Of a stretch of DNA of 63,845 bases, positions 1 to 12,200 are shown one piece after another. Under the pieces are notes generated by a model. The model did not search any database and was not told the origin of the DNA. It saw nothing but the letters and a program-made list of their open reading frames with translations. The first letter of the stretch is position 1; each line of letters begins with the position of its first letter. This stretch comes from Ylistrum balloti (taxonomy: Eukaryota), in NCBI RefSeq assembly GCF_031769215.1, contig NW_026782215.1:992001-1055845 (forward strand), in the 5' to 3' direction. The position numbers and the translations under genes are program-made.

Positions 1-1
1 T

Positions 2-106
2 CCCTATCAACCTCCGGCAACAGCCCCTCCCGGCTACGTACCTCACATCGGTGACAGGGGACCACTTCTCCCTCCGCCTTACACAGGACCACCACCCAAA
101 TACTGA
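2..106 (+). CDS. 3' end (partial terminal exon) of an unidentified gene with a Pro/Tyr-rich C-terminus carrying three PPxY motifs
   Basis: Frame from nt 2 reads PYQPPATAPPGYVPHIGDRGPLLPPPYTGPPPKY* (TGA 104-106). GC-rich relative to flanks and followed by an AT-rich UTR-like stretch with AATAAA at 550-555. The 5' part lies outside the window. Confidence 0.6.
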   Translation, partial: PYQPPATAPPGYVPHIGDRGPLLPPPYTGPPPKY

Positions 107-297
107 GTTTCAAACATGACGGAAGGAAAATAGAATACCAGTCTGGACATTCGGAAAGTAGTCTCCTGGCACGGACTCCGTGTTTCTGGAGTCAGCTATA
201 GGGCGATCTCAATGCATGTTTCAATCAAAAGTACCATATAACGACGTAACGTTACTAGAGGGCGCATCTCCTAATTACTTGTCTCAATGGTAACTGT

Positions 298-318
298 TAT
301 ATATATATATATATATAT
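298..318. repeat. (TA)10 microsatellite
   Basis: Perfect TA run read directly. Confidence 0.95.
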
Positions 319-1233
319 GGGAAGCAACTCACTTTCCAATGACCTTCAGTAACGGTACAACTGGATTGGACTACCTATTAATATGCTACGTTGGTATATT
401 ACATCGAAATACGAAAACATGCTCTGAATTCAGCATTCTTTGGATCTGATATTCGCCTACTATACGGAGCCAATGCCAGTATCATGGCATCATGCATCAA
501 ACGAAGGCTATACAATGAGTTACAATATATCATCGAGCTTCCATTGTTGAATAAATAAATCTAGCAATCATAATTATTTTCCTAAGTACATTTTACTGCC
601 ATGTTGTCATATTTAAGTGTGAAAGCTTGTCTACAATCACATTACTTATCTTAATTTATTCGTATGTATATTTGATACGTTTCAACATATCATGATAATT
701 TATATTTTATAATCCATCACATACCATTGACCATATGTATATATTTGCATTGTTTACATATTGAACAAACAAACAAAGCATCCGGCTTGAGCATACTATC
801 TTACTTTTTTCAATAACATTTAAGCTTTATATGACATTTGTTTTATGCGGTATATACAACTACTTTAAGTCTATGACCATTAACTCGAGAAATCGTCAAA
901 ACTGAATGGTGTGATCCCAATTTCTTATTGTGTTATTTTCATAGCGAGGACTGATTTAAATGTTAATTTACAGCAGTGTGTTTTGTTGAAGTAAAATTTG
1001 ATATATATGTATGAATACATTGTATGTTCTTATTCCAATTTCATAAGTCCGCACGCGCACAACGTCTTTATTATTGAACACTGAATCGCTACAACCAAAC
1101 CTTGGGAAGTTTTCTAATCGATAGATTGTATTAATGAGAAATTAGGTAGTCTTAATTAAAACTATTAACGGACATAAACAACACAACCGCCACACCAAAA
1201 GACACACAATAGAGCCAAACAATGAATTAAACT

Positions 1234-1283
1234 GCAACATACAACTGTTTCGTCCCTTTTTTCATACTAGTCAGTAATGTTAA
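1234..1283 (-). ncRNA. Degenerate type I hammerhead ribozyme, copy A (probably inactive)
   Basis: Minus strand: ttaacatta-CTGACTA-GTATgaaaaaagGGAC-GAAA-CagttG-TA|tgttgc. G12 and the GTA cleavage triplet are retained, position 8 is T and stem II is damaged. Homologous over ~80-90 nt to copy B (1216-1296 vs 10111-10188, first 21 nt identical). Confidence 0.7.
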
Positions 1284-1444
1284 GAACCTCAATATTAAAA
1301 TATAGGTGTCGACTATGGAAAATTCCAAAATGATCGAAAGTAGATTTTACTTAAAAGAAACATTTTAACAGGAAGTATAAATTAAGTTATTGTGTTCTCA
1401 ATGATGTCATTGAACATTTACGCCTAATGATAAATGAATTGGCT

Positions 1445-1624
1445 TTATTTATTTTACAACAACCACTTTTGTTGGCCCGGATCGAAGAGCGAGGGGTCAG
1501 TACCCGGGTAAAACCCACGTAGTCGGACAGATGATCCCATACCTATTCATGTCCGTTCCAGTAATCGTATCCCGGACGACAAGGTGAAAAGCAAGTGCGA
1601 TGCCACAGCGCCATCCGACCACCC
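1445..1624 (-). mobile_element. tRNA-derived SINE with V-domain-like central motif, copy 1
   Basis: Minus strand starts GGGTGGTCGGATGGCGCTGTGG (A-box-like), has a decayed B-box (GATACGATTAC), then GTGGGTTTTACCCGGGTACT (V-SINE-like motif, recalled) and GGGCCAACAA. Collinear with the copy at 2205-2400. Confidence 0.75.
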
Positions 1625-2204
1625 TTCTGCCTCATCCTTAGCTGCCAATAGAAATGAAAATTGACTATCATATATTTTGATTCATACAAAAAAATTCAAA
1701 TGAAATAATATTTTCTTGATCATGTATATATCTTTACTTTTGTTGACCAGGACTACAAAACTATTCACTCATAGGTTGGGATTTTGGGTCTTTTGAAAAC
1801 AGAAAGTCTTAAATATTTCACACATATCAGCCATATAAATGCACTTGTTAGTTCATGGACTTCGCCAAGTAAAAAGCAATATGATAGAGTAGTATATTGC
1901 ACGAACATTTGTCATGCCACGGCACTTGTATACATTTCTGGACGTTCCCATTCCCAGTATCTTATCTTCTCTCTATCGACATATATCTAATCATTTACTC
2001 CTGAAACTAATTTCCATTATGGCCGTTGTCAACGACGCTCCTGTGTTATTATCTACTTCGTCCGGTACAATGAACTCACAGCTATCACGAAGATAAGTAT
2101 AAAGTACACGTATATACCTTGGCTTTATGACTTATGGAAATACGTGGTTATCAAAAATAGTTATTCGTTATTCTAGGAAGAGAAAGCCCTAAAGTAGATA
2201 ATAA

Positions 2205-2400
2205 AACGTTATATCTCGATTATCATTGAGCAGATTTCTGTCGGGTGCGGCATCTCTTGTTGGCCCAGATGGAAGTGCGCGAAGGGAAGAGACCGGACTA
2301 TCCGGGGAAACCCCCACCTTTTCGCGTTCGTTCCTGCAATCCAACCCCGGACGCCTAGATGAAAGGCGAGTGTGTTACTACTTTCGCCAACCGACCACCC
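2205..2400 (-). mobile_element. tRNA-derived SINE, copy 2 (same family as 1445-1624)
   Basis: Minus strand starts GGGTGGTCGGTTGGCGAAAGTAG, B-box-like GGTTGGATTGC, GGGGGTTTCCCCGGATAGTCCGG and GGGCCAACAAGAG. This explains the spurious ORF 2226..2441. Confidence 0.75.
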
Positions 2401-3948
2401 ACTTAGACACCTTTATGTATATTTATATGTATCTATTGTAGAATAAAACAACCAGCAACGTTTGCTCCTTAGTATAAATGTTTACCATATACATTGGTAT
2501 ACAGTGTAGTCTGAATACCACAACTAACAGTTACCAGGTCCATGGCCATTCCAGGACTGACTCTAGTCAGGTTTGTACAAACAGTTCAACTTACAGTAAT
2601 GACATCAGCAAACACAGTGTGGATGGTCAAGCTAATAAGGTACAGTTTCAGCGACTTCATGAAGTTATCGCATTAACTGTTGACCCAGTGGGTCAGATTC
2701 ACACGGACAAGTGTTTTACCATGGCTTGTCACATTCCCACATCAACATGATAGTATAAGATAGATAAATGCATTATTTCCGACTTGTTTTCTCAGAAGGA
2801 AAGATTCACCAATGTGGACGGACTCGGCCCATCTGATAAGATGTTTGGTGTCGCCAGGACAAAAGACGTATATATTTAACTATACTGCGAGTCCATGCCC
2901 GATGCAACACTCCCGATAGACAACGGTAGGTATCATGCCTGTTTACATCAACGGTACATTACGACCTGATTTTTGATAATTAAAAATGTGAATTCCTTGC
3001 TGTAATAATCCGCAGCCTCATATAGTAACATATTTCAGTCGACATGATGACCATGTATATTGTTCGAATGCAAATTTTGTTGAAAATGGGTAAAAAATGT
3101 TCCGAAGTACTCATTCGATATTACCTGCATTTTGTTCTTTTTGTGGAATATACACCAACATAGAAAAACTTCTATCTGATTTAGTGTCTTATTTGATTTT
3201 TTTCTTCTCTCAACGAAAGGTGGCAATATGTATTTAGATATCAATATTTACCGGATAATGTTTTTTTCTTATCACGAGAACTTATCTAGAGACTTTTTTC
3301 AAGTGAAACACATATTTGGATTATCATTAAACTTTAAAAATGGTCAGTGAAAACAAGGCAATAGAATTCATCATTCACTTTAGAAAAAGAGAGTAAAACT
3401 ACTATTTTTCATCCTTTATAAAAATCTAAATGGTTTGGTTTACAACTAAATTCCGGAATGGAGTTATATCATATTACGCCGTAAAATATGATATAATTAG
3501 ACATAACCAACAGTTTTGTAAAAAGTATAACTTTAGCATTCATTGAAAATTCAGTTCAAACTCCAAATGTATACGAGTTATTCCCCTTCATTGTAGACGT
3601 AATTCTTTTCATATTAAGATAATTTGGATGACTTCTGATTTTAAAAAAAAACGACAGGAATCTACAACTGTTTGTGACTTTGATGTGAAAGCAAGTTTCC
3701 CCTTTATATTTCAATCACTGCACTCCGTTATGTCAAGTGTATATATCTACACAAGGCCGAGGTTTTATATAAATACCAACAACACGTGCAAACGACCGTT
3801 GGTAAACAACGTCTATCAGTAGTTATCAGTAAAGTCAATGCATTATATAAATATGATATCAGATACTGTATGAAGTCTTACTGTACTGATATAAGCACAT
3901 CATCACCACATCGTATGTGGTTCTAGCATTTGTGACCAGACCACGAAC

Positions 3949-6900
3949 ATGAAAGGACCTATACAGATATTGCTCCTCTTTGGGACGGCTGCCCTCCTCC
4001 AGGCAGGATGTCCGACCATCCCACCGATGGCTGACTTTAACACCGAGCGGGTAAGTCACGTGTGCATTAGACTAGAAATAGTGCAAAATCAATGCAAAGA
4101 TGATATCGCGGCATTCAACTAAATTGACAAAAAACACAGGTTCCTTACATCACCGAATTTATCTAAAAACAACTTGCCATTAATTGTTATGATAGAAAGT
4201 CTTTATTCCTTTTGATAAGATGGCAACAGAAAACAGATATATTTAAACTTATTTCTGAACCTATGGCAGTGTTTTGGTCACGTGCACCAGACGTTGGTTA
4301 TATAAGTTCACACGTTGGCCCACAGCGATCACGTACCATGACCACCCTTGTTTTAATATCTCTGTATGAAAGGGTTACGACAGCTTTTTCAGTCGATTGT
4401 TGAGGTATTACTTTATTTCTCTAGCTGTACGTGTAGGCCCCAGTTTTAATTTTTTTTGTATTTCACTCATCCACTGTATCGGCAGTTGAAGTTTTCTTAT
4501 TAGTTATCCAACCCATTGTATCGAACGTTGAAGTTTTTTAAAATATTTATTTCTTTAACACATTGTACCGGTCTTTGAAGTTTGTAGTCATACTTCATTA
4601 GTCCATTTTATGTAACTGCGTTTTGGGAGATGGGGAGGGATTCTCGTCGTTGAATTTGACAATTCCTTAATCATTATCCAGAGTGGTCGTTCATTACACT
4701 CACTAGAGTCAGTACGTATGTAACAACATCAATATTCAGAAGCGTCATTTTTCTGTATCTTATCGACAGTACGCAGGCACGTGGTACGAGACGGAGAGGT
4801 TTGACAATCCATTTGAGTGGTATACAAGATGTGTGTCTGACACGTACATTTCACGAGGAGATGGCAGCTACACTGTCCTCTACAATAGAATAGGCACGTG
4901 GTAAGAATCATTTGGAAATGTAATACTAATATGACGTCATGATTTCAAATTACTATATTGTTTTTGCAGTGTCTCATGTTAGGAGAATGAAACAATATTA
5001 ATTGTATCAATCCTTCATAAGAATCAGAGAATATAGATAACTGTAGAGCCATTTGTTTTATAAACACATTTAGTCGGCCATACTTGTACTTAGTAGAAAT
5101 TTATTTTGATTTTTTTTTTCTGTTTTATACCTTTTGTTTTTGTTTTTGTATTTTTTTTTTATCTCTCTCTCTTTCCTTTTCATTTTATGTCGTTACACAT
5201 ACCCCGAGCTTTAACAACACAAACATCAATTTAAATTATTGGCTTACAATATCTTAAAAAGGGAAAATATAAAATTGATATTACACAATGCACAAGATAT
5301 TGATATAAGATTTGAGACCATTATATTTTTTTTATATCCTTGCCTGGTTTAATCATTGATAGGTAACTTAGCAATGTGCTTTTTAAAGAACACTTAAATT
5401 TTTTTAAACATTCGTGTTAAAATAAACCCCAAAACTGATACCATCATTTGTGTTTGGTACTGCAGGACGGGATCGAACCGAACAACAGAAGGTGCCCTAG
5501 ACATTGTCGACGACACGCACCCTGGGTATTTCATAGCCTCATTTTCGGGATGTAAGTAACTGTTGTTTGGTGTCATATCACAAAAACAAATTGAAGGGTA
5601 CATAATTAATCAATCCTAGAAAACGAATAATCCGGGTAACCATTTTCGTTACACCGGGAAATGGAGAATTCGGCTTATGTATAATAAAATATATCCATAA
5701 TAAAGCGATACACGCGCCTTTAACGTCAAATTTGTTGTTTTTGTACATATTTTCGGCGTCGGAACATTGTTTATTTGGACTATTTTACACGCGAAGTTCA
5801 ATCTATGCAAGTAATGTCACGTTCTCAAATGAGAACAAGGTTGATCAAGATTTACATGGCGGGTGTCGTCGATGAAGCAGAAGACGCTTACTTTGAACCA
5901 CAAGGCAAAATAACGAGCATCAAACACGTCAAGCTTCATATCGCACACAAAACAAAAATAGAATATTTATTAATGAAATCACTATGATCGCTGTAAAACT
6001 TCTCCATACTTTTAATTTACCTGAATCTGCTGAAACCCTGTGTTACGAGTTTGTTAAGTTATAGTCCATATATAAATTTAAGAACATCAGTTTGTATGTT
6101 AAAACAATATGCTCTATGTTTAAATACTACATTACTCATTTAATTGGTAACTTCGACTTGCTTAAGTGGAAAGAATTAATAAAGCTTTAGTATATATTCC
6201 ATATGAGAGAATGTGGTAATATTGAATGACCTAAACACAAACCTGTCATGATGTCAGAAAAATAACACTGAGGTTTATTGTATATCAGGGATTCCATCAG
6301 GTGACTACTACATCATTGATACCGACTATGATGACTATTCCATTGTGTACTCGTGCTCCGACATGTTTGGAATCACACAAATCGGTAAGTATACTATTAT
6401 CTTAATTAATTTCAATTACCACAGCTTCTCGATTCAATTTTCAACGTTAAAAATAGACGTTTAAGATTATTTTGAAATTTTTTAAATATTTATTATTTAT
6501 TTTTATTTTATTTATTAATCATTATTATGAGTCATTATGAGATACGTTTCTCTGGTTGCATACACACATTTACACTTGGTATGAAGCCAAACAGTAGTTT
6601 AAATAAATTTCAGATCTGGGCTGATACAACATACTTTTATTTTCCGGGATCAAAAACGGTTTGCATGCAGTCTTGTCAATAAAGTTATTATAAAATGGCA
6701 ATCAGCAACTCACTATAAATGATACATTCACGGGTGTTATAATTGACAGAAAAATCGTTCCAAATTTTCTACGGTGTAACTTTATTGAAAGGTTTGGTCA
6801 AGTTTCGAATTCTATCAAAAGCTATGTCCTTATTTAAGCATCTCATTATGATCGCTATATATGTGGTTAGTGAGTTGGTGGGAGATTCGTAGATCTGAAG

Positions 6901-7413
6901 TTGACTTTAAAGTGCTAGCACACTGAAGTATACTTCCGATTACATCCCGCAGGACACCTCACAATACATTAAAAGATAGTTCCCTATACTGTTAGGGAAG
7001 ACATTAGGAATGTACTTCCAAGACTTTACAGAACGCCCACGTGATCTGAATTAGACTAGGAACCCGCATTGTATCGCTGCCCATCACCAGGGTTTGTGAC
7101 TTTAAGTGAAACTTGCCTTACAATAAGCCGTTCAGTTTAAGTAAAATTTGTCGACTCCGGCGTATTCATCTAAAGGTGTATCAAAATAAAAGTGTTAATT
7201 TGCTACTGATTACCTTTTCTTTGTTGATAGATCGTAAGGAAAAATCTTAATGACATGATGCTTTTCACTGTTCCAGAACTTGCATGGATTATGTCCCGTG
7301 AGAGAAAAAGTTTAACAGGTCGCGAGAGGTCTGGTTTGTACAGGAAGCTAAGAAGGCTTGGGATTGATACTTCTCAATTCATCGTGTCCGATCAGACCGG
7401 ATGTGACGCATAA
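3949..7413 (+). CDS. APOD: Apolipoprotein D-like secreted lipocalin, 183 aa, 5 coding exons
   Basis: Exons 3949-4050, 4770-4900, 5466-5551, 6289-6384, 7277-7413 (552 nt, all GT-AG, phases 0,2,1,1). Signal peptide MKGPIQILLLFGTAALLQA, then CPTIPPMADFNTERYAGTWYE (lipocalin GxW), IIDTDYDDYSIVYSC (TDY), AWIMSR and C-terminal DQTGC. The four Cys are in the ApoD pattern. The symbol denotes family likeness, not proven orthology. Confidence 0.92.
5841..5889 (+). repeat. Dispersed repeat fragment, 42/49 identical to 48289-48337 (reverse complement)
   Basis: ttgatcaagatttacatggcgggtgtcgtcgatgaagcagaagacgctt vs ttgacctagatgtacaaggcaggtgtcgttgatgaagcagaagatgctt. It explains the shared AGVVDEAEDA peptide in ORFs 5775..5987 and 48017..48328. 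It resembles terminal sequence of bivalve Penelope-like repeats (recalled, unverified). Confidence 0.8.
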
Positions 7414-7490
7414 AACTAGCATGGCCAACATCACTTCCATTCTAATATCGCAAACCGGTGTGTTTGTCAGGAACAAAACGTACATACAAC

Positions 7491-7496
7491 AATAAA
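7491..7496 (+). terminator. Probable polyadenylation signal of the ApoD-like gene
   Basis: AATAAA 78 nt after the stop codon, followed by U/GU-rich sequence. Confidence 0.55.
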
Positions 7497-8440
7497 TATA
7501 AGATAAAGCTCCAAATATGTTATTTTTTCGTCTTGTGATTTTATGTTCATTGTACGCGGTGTTTGCTTTGTTCCAATTATTTTACAACTTCAGTCTCCTT
7601 TCATTCTGTGTATGAAACAAAACAGCATCGTCTTATTTAAGACAAAATGCCGAACTGCACATAATATTTGTAATCCTGAATTTGAGTCAATATAAAACAC
7701 ATTTACATGTACAAAATTTCTAGCTCTGTACCAAAGAATCACACTTTACATAGATCAACAATGAAGCTGTAAGACATTTGACTAGATCTGTGTCGGAAAA
7801 CGGGTCTACTCATTTATTTGAGGGGGAAAACTTCAGAAACCTTTATTTCGAAATGAAACATACCAAATACAACTATAACCACGTGTCTTGGTCGATAATG
7901 TTTCAACCCACAACGGTTTTGTGAAGAAATGTACACGAAAAAAGATAAGTATAAGACATTAAACCCGTATGAAAATATTTCAGGACGTAATGAAAGGCGA
8001 ATACTTTTGGTACTGGGTTGGACTATTGGGCGGAACGAGGCGGAATGGCTTAGTAAAGTGCTTCGTTCTCATGTTCTCACACCCTCCTCCTTTGTCATCC
8101 AGATAAGCCATCTTGGTGGCTTTAATGACAACACATCACTAGACGTTTCGAACTGTATGGCCTGGTGTTGCTAATCCTGACGTAATATATACATGTACCA
8201 TTGACAATTTCATGTCATAGACGAACTCCCTTGAATCTGTGCAAATGTCTCCAATAGCGATAACCAGTCAATTGCCGATTTCTGAAGTTGTTTGAGCATG
8301 CGTGAAATTTGAAATATTTCTGGGTTAATGAGTGTCGTCTGCATAGAAAGGCAGTTGAAATTTTAAAAAGGTACGAACATGTACATTTTAACCCCTTGAA
8401 GGGCCGTCTTATCCTTTACTTGTGATTTGCAACCTGTGAC

Positions 8441-8470
8441 ATTGTGTTTCTTGGGCAAGACGCTATAGCC
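8441..8470 (+). mobile_element. CORE-like SINE fragment
   Basis: attgtgtttcttgggcaagacgctatag matches the recalled CORE motif GTGTCCTTGGGCAAGACACTT. Related copies lie at 11640-11666 and 30085-30113. Element boundaries were not determined. Confidence 0.55.
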
Positions 8471-9267
8471 AAATACCTCTGGATGGCATGTGACGGGACT
8501 CGTGTACATTGTTCAGCGAGGTATCCTCTACGAACCACAAAGAGACCTCCCCTCAAAGTGATCATTCTGGTCCTATACAAAGGACAATTCACTTTCCAAC
8601 AATCACTGAACCTTCTTAATGTCGCTATAAACCCTACAAGACTTCAATGGGGCATGATGTGTGGCTATTTTTGTTCTAGATGTGGCTGTTGTTAGTTGTT
8701 TCCTGATAAAATGATAATAATTTTACTCTTGCATGGAGATCAGGTCCTTTGACAGATTCATTTTCGATACAAAGTTGAAACGATTTATAACCGTAATGAC
8801 AGTAAAATAGTAATTTCTTGAACAATATTTTGATTTAAGAATTTTCGAATAATTTCAAAAGTTGTTCGTTTTTTCAATAACATTTATAGTTGTTCCCAAA
8901 AATCTATTCTCATGTTTCAAACGATCTCTTGGAAACTTTTACCTTTGTATATTTGATCCTACCGTCAATCGCATACAGCACGGTTTTCATCTGTAGCATT
9001 GTGGTTAGACATTTTATTTTTGGTAGAGCTACACGATTATGATTTGACATTTCTTGTTACATCATAATACTGAGTTGACACATAAAATTGTTTTTAAAAA
9101 ATTGCATTGGACTCACTCTTTAATTACAAATTGTTTTGTTTCGAACAAAATATTCAATATCAATTTTTCGATAACATATTTTATTGTAAAACATAACAGC
9201 AAATAACATCAAATATACTGTAAATTAAAATAAATTCATCATATATAAAATCTAAAACATACGTTCA

Positions 9268-12200
9268 TCATGTTTCTGTATGTGACTTTTTTTTCTGAAA
9301 CCGTTTGATAAGGATATCATCACTACGGAAAAGGGAATCTTGTCTCTCTAAAGGAATGTCTTCGACATCAAATGCTTCCAACATCAGCTGAAACAAAACA
9401 TTTAAAAATTTTACGATTAAATATGTAGATATGACAACATTTGACACAGAAAGATTGATAACTTGTTATAGTAAACTTATTGGTGACTTGTCAAATTTAT
9501 TACAATGGGTCTTTGAATTATGGCAAGTAATTCCTACAGCAATATACAGACAAGACAAGGACTTGGCTTTGTAAGTGGTAAATTTACTATATCAGAAAGA
9601 GCAAGATGTGTTTATGAAACACTCTGCCCATGGTAACGACAATATTCTGAAGTGGGATATCATATAACTATACTGTGTAAGGCATTTGCTAATTGCATTC
9701 AAACTTTGTCAAAAAACTTTTATCTTCTAACAATGTAATGAACCTGAGAACCTACCTCTAAGAACTTGCGCTCCAGTTCGGGTTTATTCCCTGTGGTTCT
9801 CTGCTCATAACAACATAACACAACTGTTTTGTCTGAACAGAGAGAACAGACAGTTTCCACTAATGGACCAAGAGACTGCAAAAATAAGTATAGATACACA
9901 TTCTTTACAGAGTTTGACCAAAAAAAAATTGAAAACATCAAAATAATGCAATGAAATTGTTATCATGGTGAAAAAATGTTTTTGACTACATGGATCAAAT
10001 AGGTTAGTTATAAGTACCAGTAGGTACTGTATCTATTTGGCAGATTGTACAAAAAACACACAAGTGAATAGCTCCTTTTAATACATAGTTAAGAGTTAGA
10101 TACAGTCAAGCAAACAATGAATTAAACTGCATCATACAGTTGTTTTGTCCTTCTAGGACTTGTCAGTGATGCTAAGGGCCTAAATGTTGAAGCCTAGGAA
10201 ACCATTAAGGAGAGATCAAAAGAAAAGTCAAATCTAAACAGGAAAGTGTACAAGCCCCAAAACTAATTTTCTTGTTTTACAATTTTCATATATCAGTTGA
10301 TTTTAGAACAATGTCAAGTACCTGTGAATGTTCTAAAGTGTGCTATTATTCAAGTGAATTAATATTAACAACAAACCAATGTCAACCACACAAAATACCC
10401 TACAATCACTTCCCAACAAGATAAACTCAATCTTATCATGAGAATCCTACTTTTTCATAGTAGATACAGTCTGCCATGAGAACATAGTCAACAGTCCGTT
10501 CCAGTGACTCTTCTCCCCACTGTAAGGACTGGGCTACAGCAGTCCCTGTTATGTGATGTTTGTTGGTGTTGATGTTCAGATTCATCAGTGGCAGGAACTC
10601 TGGTAAATCTGTGACAGTTACATCAGCTCTATGAAGATAAAATGTTACAGTGAATTTACTACATTAGAAGCAATAGATATAGTGGGGTTGACGAATGATC
10701 CCTGACACAAATTTATTACAGGTTATTCCGTGAAATTTGTATTTGGTCTTATTTATGACCCTACTGTTAAGACATGTTACAATGGAGAGTTCGTAAGTTG
10801 TGAGGGAGTTCAAAGATTTTAGACTTTGGAACAGTTTTTAAAAAATGTACTTTTTTGGTACTATAAAAATAATAATAATAAACATAAAGATGTGGTAAAG
10901 GATTCTCAACATCCAAATACAGTTTTGTTGTTTATTCTGGATAAGATTACTTAGAGATGTTTCCATTGCTATGTGGCCATCACAGCTGAGATATCTAGTG
11001 AACACCACATGGCATTTTACCTGGAATATTATTAATTTTTTAGACTTATGGAGTAATGGTTCTTACGGTATATTATATAACTATAGCACATTAAGATCTT
11101 GTTCTATCTTGTTTCAATCTAGGCATCAATTTAAGATACAGTTATGGCCTGGAGACAAATCTTAACAAAAGACAACTCTGCAATTAGGAAGTTACATGCC
11201 CTTTCTTTGGTTTAATGCATATAATTTTAGTATGAGCAATGTATACAACACCATTCATTATTCTAGTTTCCATATGTTAACAAAGTTATGCTTGAAACAC
11301 AAAATTATAATAAGGGCAATAACCCTAAATAAGGGGTTGTGGGCCTTGAATCCAGTACAATGGACATGAAATTTGAGTAACTAATGTACACACCAACTTT
11401 TATGATTCTTGCTTAACTGTGGACAAGAAAAGGACAGACAAATGGGCAGAAAGGCAACTATATGCTCTCCAGAAAATTTCTGTGGAGTATGAAAATGTAA
11501 AGATAAACACTGTAACAGCTCATTACATATCCATTTATTTGAGCCTGGACAAGGTTGACAAACAGTAAACTACTGTTAGTGTATTGGTAATTAAGATGTT
11601 AAGGCACTGTCAACCTTAACTCGAGTCCATGCTGTCGTCATTGAGTCCTTGGGAAAGACACTTCAGACTAATTGTTTTATATTTTATTCAACATGTCCCC
11701 TGTACTATCAGACCAAATTATTTTGACGTTCTATTGACTTTTTATATCAGTCTGGAGCCGATGAACTCCTGACCCATATTAAAAAGTGGATAAAACATCC
11801 TAATAATTCAGACTTCTGTACTAGATGCTATTTAGTGAGGTAACTGGCACCAGCTACAACAAAGAAGCCTGTATCAAAATGACTTTGTCTGTTCCTGGGA
11901 CGAGAAACACAGAACACAAGTAAAAATAAACTAACTATAACAGACATTGGATTTTCCGGATCTGTACGGCCACATTTTGACTTGACATTTACAATCCATT
12001 TTCAGTTTATTTCACACGCGTTACTAGTTTGCAATCGACGAAGTCACAGTCAGCCGAGTTGTGTTAAAAAGGAACAAATGGTTAACGTAGATATCTATTT
12101 CAAGTATTTATTTACCCGTAAACTGCAGCGTACACACCAAGTACACCTGTGCCGGCTCCCACATCCACAACATCTAATCCGCGCCATGAATTTCCACCGT

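Noticed and set aside
2478-2750. 90-aa ORF in GC-richer sequence, possible TE relic
   Set aside because: I recognise no domain in any frame and find no splice pattern. It cannot be supported without a search.
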